The position numbers and the translations under genes are program-made. From assembly GCA_976551045.1 (NCBI GenBank), contig CDPCPM010000157.1:5084001-5148000 (forward strand): 64,000 bases of DNA, in the 5' to 3' direction. Numbering within the stretch: position 1 is the stretch's first letter; the number at the start of each line of letters is the position of its first letter. Source of the DNA: Glaucostegus cemiculus (lineage: Eukaryota). Of the stretch, positions 12,055-24,654 are shown in pieces. The notes below the pieces were generated by a model. It was not told where the DNA came from. It was given only the letters and a program-made list of their open reading frames with translations, and made no database searches.

Positions 12055-12208
12055 ACGGTCCATGAACACCACCTCATTATTCCTCTTTCGCACTATTTAT
12101 TTAGTTTTGTAACTTATAGCATATTTCTATGTCTTTGCACTGCACTGCTGCAGCAAAACAACAAATTTCACGACATATATCAGTGATAATAAATCTGATT
12201 CTGATTCT
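12055..12208 (+). mobile_element. Rex1/Babar 3' UTR with (TCTGAT)n tail
   Basis: aatttcacgacatatatcagtgataataaatctgattctgattc; homologous to 1705-1980. Confidence 0.8.
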
Positions 12209-15200
12209 TTCTCTCTACCCCGGACCTCTCACCCCACCTCACCCATCTCTCCCTTCCCTTTGGTAACTCCTTCTCCTTAACTTTGTCTCCACACAACCCG
12301 TCGTAATGCACGTCATCCTGTGAAGCCACTAAACAGGCTACCAGCAAACAGCAGCTGAAGAACAATGACGTGTGTCTGAGACATATATGTACACTTCTCT
12401 GGGTGCCTCTGGACACTGCAGTGTACAGCTACTTCAGCTGAGGAGTTCTCATAGAATTCCCTCCTGCTTTTGCGTTCTGACAAGGGTCTGCGGAGAGGGA
12501 ATGCACTGAGCCAACTGAAACAAAAGCAGAAGATGCTGGAAGTCCTCATGAGGTCAGGCCCCACCTGTGGGAGGAGAAACAGACCCAATGTCTCAGGTCG
12601 TAAACCTTCATCAGAACTGGGTAGGAGTCTCAGATTTTCAGCGTCTGCACATTTTTGATTCTCACTGAACCAGCTCCTGAGTTAAAGCACAGAAAGAAAA
12701 CCTTGCACTTCATGATCCAAGTAACAACACGCAGCAGACTAAGCCCACTTTATCAATGCGTTCACAGTTGTAACACTGGAAGTGAAGCAACCAACTTACA
12801 CTCATGAAGCTCCCACAAGGAGCAATGAGAAAATGAGCAAGTGGTCTATTTTAGTGACGTTGCTGTTCCACAGTCCTTGGTTGTCATTAAGTTCAGGCTT
12901 GGAAAATTTCCCTTTAGCTACAGAAGGTGAAGGGTTCCAGCAGATGGGCTCTCTATTCTTAGCTGACGGCGGTGATTTTTCACATCAGAATGCAATTTCA
13001 GCATTTATTTAAAGGTCCGGGCATCACCTCTGCCACCGTAACCCCAGCTGACGTGGGCTAGCGTTCGGGATAACCTTGCTTAGAAAGGCAACAGAATGAG
13101 GAGGCCGACAGTGGCACCCACAGCTCTTGGGAGGAGCTATCCCAGACACTGTTTGCAATACTCCCTGATATAAATCAGAGACTTCTGACGAAGACTTATT
13201 AAGTTTTAGAATTCAATAAAACTTTGAAATCATTCACCCGCAAGGACTGTCCGCCATACACTTGTCTTTCCAACGTCACCACCCAGAGTTAAATTCATCC
13301 CCATTCAAGGGGAACAATAGCCAATGTGAGATGGGTTGGGGAACGTGAGCAAGCCAGTTCCAAGTCAGCATGGACAACAGCATCGCATGCTCCTCAACTT
13401 AGCATTTAATTGGCTGCTACCCTCCTACGAGAGGCTGATAAATAGGGAAGGCCACACAGTACATTCTTGAGGTTACAATCATGTGCCTTTCTCGCAATCT
13501 GGGAGCTTGTCGACACTTGTGTAAGCCACGCCATATGAATGGGGGCACTTGGCCAAGGTGTTCCAGCACGAACCATCTCGTTCTGCAGTGGCACTGGAGA
13601 AGAGTGAAGATCTAATGGGATTGTGTGTGAACACAATCTTAGCTGGAGGTAAGCTCCCAGAAGACAACACAGTTATCAATTTCTATTTGAACAACCCTTT
13701 GTCGCCATAGAGAATAAAGTTGTGCTCCATTGGGAAGACAGAAATAAAGCTTTCAGGATTTCCATTCCTGTTGGCAATCCAGATGTCTCTGCTGGTTAAC
13801 AGAAACATGTGGGGATTGAGTGAATGGTTCAGCTGGGATATCAGCCACAGTAAAATGACTTGTCTTGGTATGAGAGATGGCCGCTCGAGTGTGTTGCTAA
13901 ATGGTTGCCTAGGCATGGTAACCATGGTCACGTCATGAGCATCACCAGGAGAGAAATGGAGGAAACTAGGGGATTCAAAAAAATAATAACACGCCTCACA
14001 TTGCAGGTGATGTGAGACAACTTGATGCTCAGGGAAATGGGACTTGCAGAAAGATGCGCGTGACTGGAAGAAACGTTGGTTTGATCTTGAACACTTAGTG
14101 ATCTGTGAGTTAATACAGAAAGTGCAGGAAAAACTCAGCCAGTCAAGCAGCATCTGTGGAACCCAGTCAACAGTTCAGGTCAGCGATTTTTCCTCAGCAC
14201 CTAGTCATCTGGGAACCCAGATGACTAGTCTTAGAAATAAGGGAACAATTATTTTAACATTTTAATATCTATTCCTATGTATTGCTTTAGAAAATAAGGG
14301 CAGCAGCCACCTGCTTCCACATCCCTTCTCCATGCTTACACAGCTAGTATCTGACGTGAAACAGTCACACCCTTGGCCGACGTTCGCACTGGCCAATGGC
14401 AAAGCTTTAAATGAAGACGTCAAAGTGCAGAGGGGCCAACCAGAGTTCCCTGAACTCAAACCAGCTACTTTTGTCATTTCTCCACATTCCAGCTCAGTCC
14501 TACACGAGCTCAAGCCTTCTCTAACCTGATTGACAGCTGAGGCTCCCTTGAACTCCATCTCAGAACCGTGTATTAGAAAGGGTAGCATCTGTCTACAAAC
14601 AGACCAGCTACCAAGCCACCGCTCTACTTGCAGGATGACCTCTTGACCAGAGTAAAAGAGGGGACCTCATGAGAGAGCCAATCAGACTCCCAGAATGAAA
14701 GCCCAGGACATCAAAGCCACCGCGGGTGGCTGGGGGAGGAGAACTCTGGATAGGGAGAAAAATCCAAAGGCAAAGGCTTGTGCCTGATATAGGATACAGT
14801 CTTGATTTCCCTCAAGCAGACAGAAGCCACAGCTCCTGTAATTCACAAACCACATCTTGTGTAACCTCCCTTTACTCCTTCTGGAAATTAGCCCAACAGA
14901 CAAGTGGAGAGGGATTCTCTGGAGATGGATCAGGGCTGGCACCACTGAGCAGCACTTTGTGAAGAACCCTTGGGAGAGAGGAGGCAGCCTCGGAGATGAG
15001 AGTACCAGGGTTCGCTGGCTCCCACCCAACCGTGGGTGAAACCGCTTGGGGACATCTTTCAAGTGCACGGTAGCCCTTCAGGTTTTGCCCACAATCAGAC
15101 ATGGGTGAGCATTCACAAGGAATGATCAGTATCAAGCCACGTGTTCCCCACTGATTTACCCTCTCCGTGCCACCATGGGGAATGCCCCAGCAGGCTCCCA

Positions 15201-15929
15201 GGTGCCAGGTGGCAGGCATCTGTCACCAAGGGCAGGGGTTCTCCTATCTAGCTGGATTCCAATTCCCAGAGGCTCTTGAGAAAGTGCATCTCCAGGGCCT
15301 CCCTTTCTGGATGGCGAACCAATCCCCTCCACAAGGGAGAGCAGCTGCAGGTCCTGGAGTTACTAGAGAAACTTCCACGCAAACAAAAGGTGGCCGCCTG
15401 AAAATGGCAGCTGACACTGATGAGACCGAACAGCCTGGGAAACCCACTGTGATTCTGGGCATCGAGGGGTGGTAATGGGTGAAGACAAGTGGTGGGGGTT
15501 GTGGATGGACCTGGCTTCGCAGGACACAATTCTCTGTTGCAGGGGCAGGAGCCGAACCCTGACATGAGACTGTGGGAAGGAATATTCACGGTACACAGAG
15601 AAAAGCAAATGAAGATGGATGAAAGAATGGGTGATATTTTATTCAGTAAATTCAGAAGAGTTATCCTTTCATATTACGGACACCTAGACTTTCCCCTGCG
15701 GCACAGCAATCAAAAGAAAAACTGCTCCACTGGGCTGAGACCTGTAAATCTGACATAGTTGGCTCTGACAAGCCGAATGAATGTGTGAATCCATTCCAAC
15801 ACCCAACGCATTCTCAGTGATCTGCAGTCCTGTGCCAGTTATGGACACCTCTTAGCATTCACATTGAGAATGGATCCTTAGCATCATCTTTCTTCAAAGC
15901 AGGATAATACCCCATGAGATAATGATAAG

Positions 15930-16180
15930 TAGCGTAGCGGTTAGCGCGACGCTGTTACAGCACCAGCGATCGGGGTTCGATTCCCGTCGCTGTCTGTAAG
16001 GAGTTTGTATGTTCTCCCGTGTCTGCATGGGTTTCCTCCGGGTGGTCTGGTTTCCTCCCACATTCTGAAAGACGTACGGGTAGGTTAATTTGGGGGTTAA
16101 AAATGGGTGGCATGGACTCGGAGGGCCGAAAGGGCCTGTTACCATGCTGTAAATAAATAAAAAAATTATTTAAAAAAAAA
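15930..16180 (+). mobile_element. Young V-SINE with CR1-type tail
   Basis: A/B boxes, V-domain and A-rich end. Confidence 0.92.
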
Positions 16181-17029
16181 TCCCTATAGTGGTCAACTGG
16201 ATAGGGCACGAGAGATTAAAAGACTGGACAATAAAGAAGAGGATGGATTGGAAAGGTTTTGAGGGACATGGGTCAAACATGGGCACGTGCATCTTGGTTG
16301 GTATGGATGAGCTGGGTTGAAGGGCCTGTTTGTGCTGTATGACTCTGTGGCTCTACATTAGGTGCTGTTCTGGGGGACTCTTTTTTGAGGCAAACTTGGT
16401 GAACCAAATGTTGTTTCAACTATATCTACCTCTGTGGTCCCTCCACACTGCACCTATTTAACAGTACAGGAGGAACACTATTGGACCAGAGCCCCAGAAC
16501 CCCCAGTTAGTGATACGAAAACTCTAGCCATAGGTAATGGTGACCATAAACTGCTGTCAAATTTATTGTTTCTGAGTTTTACCACACCAGACTCACTGTA
16601 ATACAGCTGGCTTCTCACTGCGCCTTGCAGTGGTCTGACAGGTTAGGGCATTCAAAGATGGGCAATAAACGCTGGCGTTGCACACAACTTCCACATCCAT
16701 GACATGAATGGGACGGCACCTCTTCACGCAAGGTAAACACACTGGTCTGGTTGATCCGACGATATCACAGTTATTCTCTTTCTGCTGCAACATTTTTTGT
16801 TTCCCTCCCAACGTGTTAAAAGATCCATGGCTTTATTTCAGAGAACTGTGGGCTGTTTCTCCCTGGTGTGCTGGCCAATGTTTACCCCCCACCAGCACTG
16901 CCAAAACAAGACACCATCAGAGAGTAGTGACTCTTTGCGAGCTGTCATCAACAGATCCACTCATTACAATTATTAGTCATTCGATTCTTTCAAATCTCAA
17001 CTCTGTCAGATTCACTATCGATTTCTTCC

Positions 17030-17320
17030 TAAATAAGATATTTTTATTAGTCACATGTGCATCAAAACATGCAGTGAAATGCATCTTCTGCAAGCTGTTC
17101 TGGGGGCAGCCTGCAAGTGTCGCCACGCTTCCAGCACCAACATAGCACGCCCACAACTTCCTCACCCGTATGTCTTTGGAATGTGGGAGCAAATTGGAGC
17201 ATCCGGAGAAAACCCACACGGACACAGGGAGAACATACAAACTCCTTACAGACAGTGGCTGGAATTGAACTTGGGTCACTGGCTCTGTAATAGCGTTACG
17301 CTAACCACTACAGTACCGTG
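17030..17320 (-). mobile_element. V-SINE subfamily with Rex-like tail
   Basis: Same head and V-domain, but 3' part gttggtgctggaagcgtggcgacacttgc...tttcactgc..gtgactaataaa. Confidence 0.85.
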
Positions 17321-17324
17321 CCTG

Positions 17325-17500
17325 CCCTGTCTACCTGCACTGCACTTTCTCAGTAGCTGCAACATTATATTCTGCATTCTACATCCTCCTTTCTTCTTAC
17401 TACCTTGATGTACTTATGTATGGCATGATTGGCCTGGATGGTATGCAAACAAAAGCTTTTCACTGTACCTCGGTGCAAGTGACAATAATAAACCAATGTT
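17325..17500 (+). mobile_element. Rex1/Babar 3' UTR fragment
   Basis: gcttttcactgtacctcggtgcaagtgacaataataaaccaat. Confidence 0.8.
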
Positions 17501-18584
17501 TCAATGTTAACCGGCCATTATGCGCTGTCAGTTGGAGTTTGCTGTTCACCACAACAGTGACCAAACATCAGAGATGTCTGTAAAGCTCTTTGTATGTCAT
17601 GAGGTTGTGAAAGCTGCTTAATAAATGCAAGTTCTTTCTCACCTTTCTTAATATTTACATTGCAAGTAGGAGCCAGCATTTCTCCTGTTCAAATCTCACT
17701 TTCCCCAACCTTCCCTACGTCCGGTTAAACCTGAACCTCCTACTTGAGCGACCCCGTTTTCTACCCTGATGACCTTGGCTGTGTCTGCAGTGGGGCCTCA
17801 GCCTTTCCTTGGACCTAGCTTGATTATCCAGTAATTGCAGAATGGTATTTATTTTATTATAGTGTAAGTACTACAATCTGCTCAGTGAGACATGGAAATC
17901 CAATCAGGGGAAGCTCATTGGACCCTGCGGTAATGAGTTGGGATTAGAGCGGATCATCCTGGCTTTCCGACACAGAGGTCAGAATTTGAAGGATTTCACA
18001 TTATCGTTAGGAAGGGAGCATATTAGGTCAGCGGTATTCAACACAGAAAAATTGTTTTTCTGCTTAAGGGATTGAAGAAAAATAAATCACAGTTTATCAA
18101 ATATGAACATGAACCAAACAAATACATAATCTTGGTGAGGGTGAGATAATTAAAAAAAATAAAAGTAGGATTTTAACTAACTTCTCATAATATTCCATGG
18201 AAAATTCAAGTATTTCTTAAGAGTGAATTTTAAGAGTGGGCAAGCAGTTTTATACCCCATTAAGACATGTTTCCACACCCATGACAGTCACCTGATGAAC
18301 TACATTCAGTGGAATGAAACACCAGAGTTTTCTCGATGGGCTGATGACCACTAGTGTCCTGTAAAGTTCTTTAGCACCGGGGGAAAACATTAAAATAAAA
18401 GTGTAGCTCATGGGAAATGTGCTAGCACTAGCTGTTCCAAGAAAAGGGGCATCATCCTGCCATTGGAAAGTCTCACTTCTTAAAACTGGCTGCTTTCCAC
18501 AAAGTGTATTGTTAACAACGGTCTGGGTGCAAGTCCCCAGGATGTTCAACTGGCCAAAGAAGGAAGAACCATTCAGTTCTTGAA

Positions 18585-18846
18585 CCAACTGGCACAACCC
18601 TAATCACTACATTCTGGCAAAACTATGACCACTTTGATCACTGGCACTGAAAAGGACTCTGTTTTTGTTTTGTTCTAATTGTGTTCGTTCTTGTGAAAAT
18701 TGTGCATAATATGTTTAATTTATGTTTTTCTTGTGAATGCTGTTTATATGCTACTATAAGTGCCTGTGATGCTGCTGCAAGTAAGTTTCTCATTGCACCT
18801 GTGCATACATGGACTTGTGCATACGGCAATAAAATTGAGTTTGATC
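18585..18846 (+). mobile_element. Rex1/Babar 3' UTR (second subfamily)
   Basis: gcctgtgatgctgctgcaagtaag..cattgcacctgtgc; same family as 49552 and 61050, which carry Rex ORF ends. Confidence 0.8.
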
Positions 18847-19186
18847 AGAGGAGAACTCCCTTCCATTATAATGAACACCTAAAATCCCTCCAACCAAATC
18901 AAGCAAAAAAATCAAAACTGCCAGTGGATTAGCCTTTGTGGAACCAATCACATCTGCTGCAACCACCTTAAAAAAAACAGCATTTGGTTTTCCTGATGAA
19001 ATGTTCTGGGCTCCAAACCTTTCCTCCCTGGATGATTTTCAATAATACCTGAAAGTCCACTCTTAACTCTCCTTATAAGTCCAAATTCAACAGGAGCTTA
19101 ATGTTGGTAACACAGCATGTGAGTCACTATTCACTTGTGAATATTTGATCAATATTTATCTCTCCAGGAGAGAAGAACACAGCTCT

Positions 19187-19419
19187 TTTTTTTCATTTAC
19201 AGCGTGGTAACAGGCCCTTTTGGCCCAATGAGTCCACGCCGCCCATTTAAAATCCCCAAATTAACCTACCCGTACGTCTTTAGATTGTGGGAGGAAACCG
19301 AAGCACCCGGAGGAAACCCACGCAGACACGGGAGAACGTACAAACTCCTTACAGTCAGTGATGGGAATCGAACCCCGATCACCGGCGTTGTAACAGTGTC
19401 GCACTAACCGCTACGCCAC
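19187..19419 (-). mobile_element. Young V-SINE fused at its 5' end to the ferritin fragment
   Basis: T-run at the left, full body, head ends at gtggcgtagcggttag on the minus strand. Confidence 0.92.
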
Positions 19420-19761
19420 GAGGAGTGGGAGCATGCGGAGAAACTGATGAAGTTCCAGAACCAGCGCAGAGGACGTGTTATTCTCCAGGACGTTTCGAAA
19501 CCTGACCAGGACGAGTGGGGCGATGGACCTGAGGCTCTGCAGTGTGCCCTTCACCTGGAAAAGACTGTCAACCAGTCTCTCCTGGAGCTCCACAAACTTG
19601 CTGCCAACAAGAATGACCCTCATATGTGCGACTTCTTGGAAACCCACTACTTGCATGAGCAGTTCGAGGCCATAAAGAAACTTGGAGACATGATCACCAA
19701 TCTGACTTGCATGGGGGCGCCCCAGAACGGCATGGCGGAGTACCTGTTGGACAAGCTCTGA
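19417..19761 (+). pseudogene. FTH1: Processed pseudogene fragment of ferritin heavy/middle subunit (about residue 60 to near the C-terminus)
   Basis: [94 protein letters not shown]. It reads through two conserved vertebrate ferritin intron positions, has no N-terminus, and shows a likely CpG change (R to W). H versus M subunit is not resolved. Confidence 0.95.
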
Positions 19762-20075
19762 GGATCAGGGTTTGATCGCGACCTCGGGTGCTGTCTGCAC
19801 GGAGCTTGCACATTCTCTCCGTGACCACAATGGCTTCTTCCCGGTGCTCTAATATCCTCCAACATCTCAAAGACACACCAGTAGGTTAACAGACCACTGT
19901 AAATTACAGCTTAGTGTAGGCTAATGATGAAAAAAAAATCAAAGGGGAACTGACTGGCATGTGTCAGAAAAAAAATGTAGAGGTACTGGGAAATAAGAGG
20001 GATAGTGGAGCCAACAGAATTACTCTGCTGGGTATGGGAATGGACTCGATGGGCCAAATAGCCTCCTTCTGAGTC
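19762..20075 (+). mobile_element. Older V-SINE (target of the SINE-ferritin insertion)
   Basis: gggtttgatcgcgacctcgggtgctgtctg B-box region, V-domain and tail; its preceding cacagctc segment lies at 19178-19185. Confidence 0.75.
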
Positions 20076-20509
20076 AGTATATGCAGCGGATCCAACTTAA
20101 AAAGGTCATCCTACCTACCATTCTGACCAAATCTTTGTCCCATTGTGCTAATGCCTCTTTATGTGGCCCAGTGTCAGTCTTTGACTGATTTTGCTTCTGT
20201 GAAGTGCCTTGGGATGTTTTCACAGTGCCAAAGATACCATATAAATGCAGGTTGTTATTAAGGTCATTTGATGAACACATCAGGGTGTGCTTGGAGATTC
20301 CTTGGGATAAGTGGTGAATAAAGAGAGCTGTTGAAGAAAATGTCAGAAGGGGGCTGCTTGGAGGAAGAGCCAAACCTTTTTAGACCTGACAACGGGGAGA
20401 ATGAATCTTAATTTTCCCAATAACCATGATCTCAGTTGGAGGAGATTCCATGAGTTGGGACTATTTGCATTAAAAGTTATCTCCTAGCTTGTTGCATACA
20501 GAAGATTCA

Positions 20510-20730
20510 TTTTATTGCTCATCATAAATTTTTCTTTGCACTACTGTCTTGTTTTTGCAGTCTTTCTTTCTTCTCTCTCTCTTCACTGTCTTGTATAATT
20601 TATGTATAATTTATATTCTGTGTGTTGCCTGTACCTACGTGCCTGTGATGCTGCTGCATGCAAGTTTTTCATTGTAGCTGTACCTCACCATGATTGTGTA
20701 GATGACAAGAAACTTAACTTGATACGACTG
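20510..20730 (+). mobile_element. Rex-type LINE 3' UTR
   Basis: gtgcctgtgatgctgctgcatgcaagtttttcattgta...gatgacaagaaac. Confidence 0.65.
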
Positions 20731-21489
20731 TCCATAAAGTGAGCTTTCCGGGAGGGATGTGAAATGGGGCTGTTCTGAGTATCGGAAGAGGCCAATTAAA
20801 TCGATATCAGTGAATAGAGGGACATGGAGCAAAGGCAAGTGATGGGAGCTGGATGAGTACATCACCTTTGACCTAAGTGAAATGTGGACAAAATGAACGT
20901 TTTTACCAACTAACTGATGTCTGGGATGAGAGCCTGGTCACCTGACCTGGGCTCGATGGTACTCAAAGCAACAAATGGTAAGTACTCAGTTTTGGAAGGG
21001 CTGAAGATCAGGTCGGGTTTGGGCCATGTTTTAGTTTTAGACCCGAGCAGATATCCATTTGGGGCAGGCTAAATGGCGTGGGTTGCCATAAACATCTTGG
21101 GAAACTGGCCTAACTCTCAGAAGTTGCCAGTGAAACGTATGGTGGAAGAGTGACCCACTCAATTGTTATCCATGCAACTTGGAGTCACAAAGACAGGCAG
21201 CATGGAAACAGACCCTTCAGCCCACTGAGTCCACAACCATCATCAACCAACCATTGTTACACTCAACTCAAAAGTCATTTTATTCTCCTCATATTCCCAT
21301 CAACTCTGCCCAGTTTCCACCACTCTCCTACTCACGAGAGGCAATTTTCAGTGGTCAATTACCCTACTAGTGCACACATTTTTGGGGGATATGGGAGAAA
21401 ACCAGGGCATCTGAAGGAAATCTGAGCATCTCTCATTAATTATTCCAAGACTGACCACATTCCAATTTCAAGCATCGACCAGAAATGCC

Positions 21490-21741
21490 TTATACGGTGA
21501 CATGGACTCTGACCTCACAATCTAGTTTGTTGTGACCTTACATCTTATTGCACTGCACTTTCTCTGTAGCTGTGACACTTTACTCTGTACTGTTATTGTT
21601 TTTACCTGTACTACCTCAATGCACTCTGTACTAACCCAATGTAACTGCACTGTGAATGAATTGACCTGTACAATCAGTATGCAAGACAAGTTTTTCACTG
21701 TACCTCAGTGCAAGTGACAATAATAAACCAATACCAATACT
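21490..21741 (+). mobile_element. Rex1/Babar 3' UTR with (TACCAA)n tail
   Basis: Closely matches the UTR following the Rex ORF at 40094-40760 and the copy at 53555. Confidence 0.88.
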
Positions 21742-23959
21742 GTCTTTCTCTTAATTTGGATCATCCGAGACCTGCCTCTCTCCCGTGCCTCTGGATGCTG
21801 ACTGGATTGTGATTGCAACTTATCCCAAACCATTCAGGCCAGGTTTGGAGACGGGCCATTATATATTAATGTATGCAGGGCACTGGGTGTGGCTCCTATT
21901 TCTGCTGGTTACACATTGACCCTTGCTTAAAAAAGTTCCAGAAGTAGAGAGGGAGAATAAGCCACATATTCCGATCCTGGGACTAACATGCAAAGTTTGG
22001 AGTCACACCCTTGGACACTCTTTGCCACCAGACGAAGATGCTTTCAAGAGGAGGGAGAAGATTAGGATACTGGAACAGTGGAACTCCTCTCATCTCCTTC
22101 ACTTCCCTCTGTGAAAGTTGGGCTGCCACTGTGATAATGTCCAGATTTCCTGACTGATGCCACCATGGAACAATATTCTTTGGGAGAATACAAGAGAGGG
22201 AGAGACAAATGGAGTGGCAGTCCAGTCAGACAATCATAATATTTATTTCAGCACTTATTAGTGCATAACATCTTTTTCAACTTCTAACATGAAATTTTGC
22301 ACTTCAAAAAGGTCACATTCTGAATTTCTGAAAATTGGAATTATCACAGAATACTGATGGCGCCCATGAAAAGCTTCCCAATAAATCTTCGGCCTGGCTT
22401 GGAGATTTCAGACGGTTCAGATTAGAAATAACCAATTTGCAGACCTTTGTGCTGCAGCCTATTTAATCATTCACCCAGCAAGTCAAATCGAAAACTGGCT
22501 TCTCCTGGAGTGATTAGACTTCTAATGCAAGCTGCTGCTGCAGGTGGCTCCAGCAGTGAGCTGACGTGGACCACATCTCATGTGCTGTCCTTTTGACTTA
22601 TTCTTACAGAAGAAGCAGAAGAGGAGAATAAATGAGCAAAAGTTATTTTTACATTTATCGAAGTGCTTGTTCCTGGCGAAGATGCTCACAGTAAATGATA
22701 TGGATCTCAATTTTAGGATTTACAGGGCTGCACTGGCTCTGTGTACAACCAATGCTTTATTCTACTCCACAGTCCCGAGCCCAGTTGATTGTTGTATCCA
22801 GAGGGCAATTGCTTCTGGGCATAGGAAATCATGGACAGGCAGATGCTTGTAAATGTTTGAATTCAGGTCAAAAGAAACAAGAATGAAATGTTTTTTTTTC
22901 TTTCTTTTGCTGCTTTTGGATATGATCCTAGAAATATTTCCATGTCTTTTATTGGTGTTGAAACCTAATGGTGTTTGTGAACGTTACAGCAAAGAGTGAA
23001 AACCTCGAATGCGAAATTCGGAGAAGGGTGTTGCTGGGTTTCCCTGTGTCGAGGTCTGCTGAAACCAGGATGGTCAGTACAATATTCCCTGTTAACTTGT
23101 TGGTAGTTCTCACAGGTCTCAGCCTATAGTACAGCAGATACAATCACTGCAGCCAACTTTTAAAGGGATAGGCTATGGGCCAAATGCAGGAAAGTTGCTC
23201 GGTTAGGCAACTTGGTCAGCACGGACGAGTTGGGCTGAAGGGCCTGTCTTCCATGCTGTAATACAAGCAGCATTCTTACAGCTACTGGGGGGTGGTCCAA
23301 CTGAAGGAATGGATGGTGAAATGATAGGAGTGAGGTGGGAAGATGCTGATGCGAGGGTCAGAAGGTCCTGGAGAGGCTGGTGATGAATGGTGCCATTAGA
23401 AGCCGCGCAAGGGGACCAAGGAGATTCTCCAGGGCTACAGCCAGGCATCACCAGCAAGAGTTGGCCAGGGATGTCTCCTCAAGGTCATAAGTGGTCTCCA
23501 AATGCCTGTGCCCTGGCGAAGCCTGAAGTGCCGGCAAATGTTGTGCCCACCCTGCCTCCTCTTGTGGGCTGAAGAACAAGTAGATGAGGTCTTCTCTCCT
23601 TCGTAAAGCAGCAGCGAGCGGTAAACAGTGAGCGGGGGGCCTGCACGGACCCTGAGGCCGGGAAGCTGAGAGCGACCGTGGCCCTGATCTCCACGGTACA
23701 CACACAAGGTTGTGTTTGAGGTCTGAGAACGTCACTGATCTCAGCGAGAATAAAAGTATTTGCCCTGTAACTAGGTTCAGAGGAAATAAGGTGAGTGAAA
23801 ACTTGTTGCTCGGTCAATAAATAAAAACTAGAGGCACAGAGGACTGCAGATACTGGAATCTGGAGCAAATAATAAACTTCTGCTCCTATCTCCATTCTTT
23901 CCATTCATCTTGCTCCAGAGCACAGTGCTCCTGTATCCCTTAAATTCTCTCAGCATCTC

Positions 23960-23997
23960 CATCTCTCTCTCTCGCTCTCTCTCTCTAACTCTCTCCG
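23960..23997. repeat. (TC)n microsatellite
   Basis: Directly visible. Confidence 0.9.
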
Positions 23998-24654
23998 TTT
24001 TTCTCTCACTGAAAATACTCATCTTGGCACAATGAAGTCAAAATTAGTTCTGCTGTTTCAAAATCCGAGTCAGTCCTGTCATGGAATAGTAACCAAACAA
24101 CTTCTTCATGCTTTATTGAAAAGTGTTTCTTGTCCTTTCATCAGTCCCAATGCCAAAGCAAATAGAATTGAAATTTAATCCAGAATTTCCTCTCAAGTGA
24201 TGGTAGATCTTTCCGGGAGATGGAAATGAGATGTGGAATGATTCCCAGGAGGTGCACTTGGCCCAGCTTTTGTTCCACTCTGTTCGACCCCCCCCCCACT
24301 GAACGACCCCCCTCCCCTTCAGTTCCCCACATCCCTCGAAGGTTCTGCATGGTGTTGGGGGTTACCCAGGCTCTAGCAATACTTGGAACAACCACAGAAA
24401 TGCTGGAACAACCCAGCCTGTCAAGCAGCACCTGAGGAAGCAGAAACCAGCCAACATTTCAGGCTCAAGACCCTCCATCAGAACTAGCAATACTAGCAAT
24501 ACTCCATCAGTGCGTCTAGTTCCACTCTGTGTGAGTTCAATACGAACCAGTCAGCAGCCGTGTGGATTCATGGAGTATGACCCACAGGGGTAAGGCTAAT
24601 CAGTCCACTGCCCCCATTCTGACCCTTAGTAAAAGAGGATGGCTTAATCCGACA

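Noticed and set aside
15930-16000. SINE heads as tRNA genes
   Set aside because: A/B boxes are present, but they continue into the V-domain and a LINE tail and I see no complete cloverleaf.
19447-19761. Ferritin ORF as a functional gene
   Set aside because: It lacks the first ~60 residues including helix A, has no introns, promoter or IRE, carries non-conservative changes, and its stop codon comes from flanking DNA.
20930-21060. Possible hAT-type MITE end (gggtttgggcc..ttagacccgagcag)
   Set aside because: No matching opposite terminus or TSD could be found by eye.
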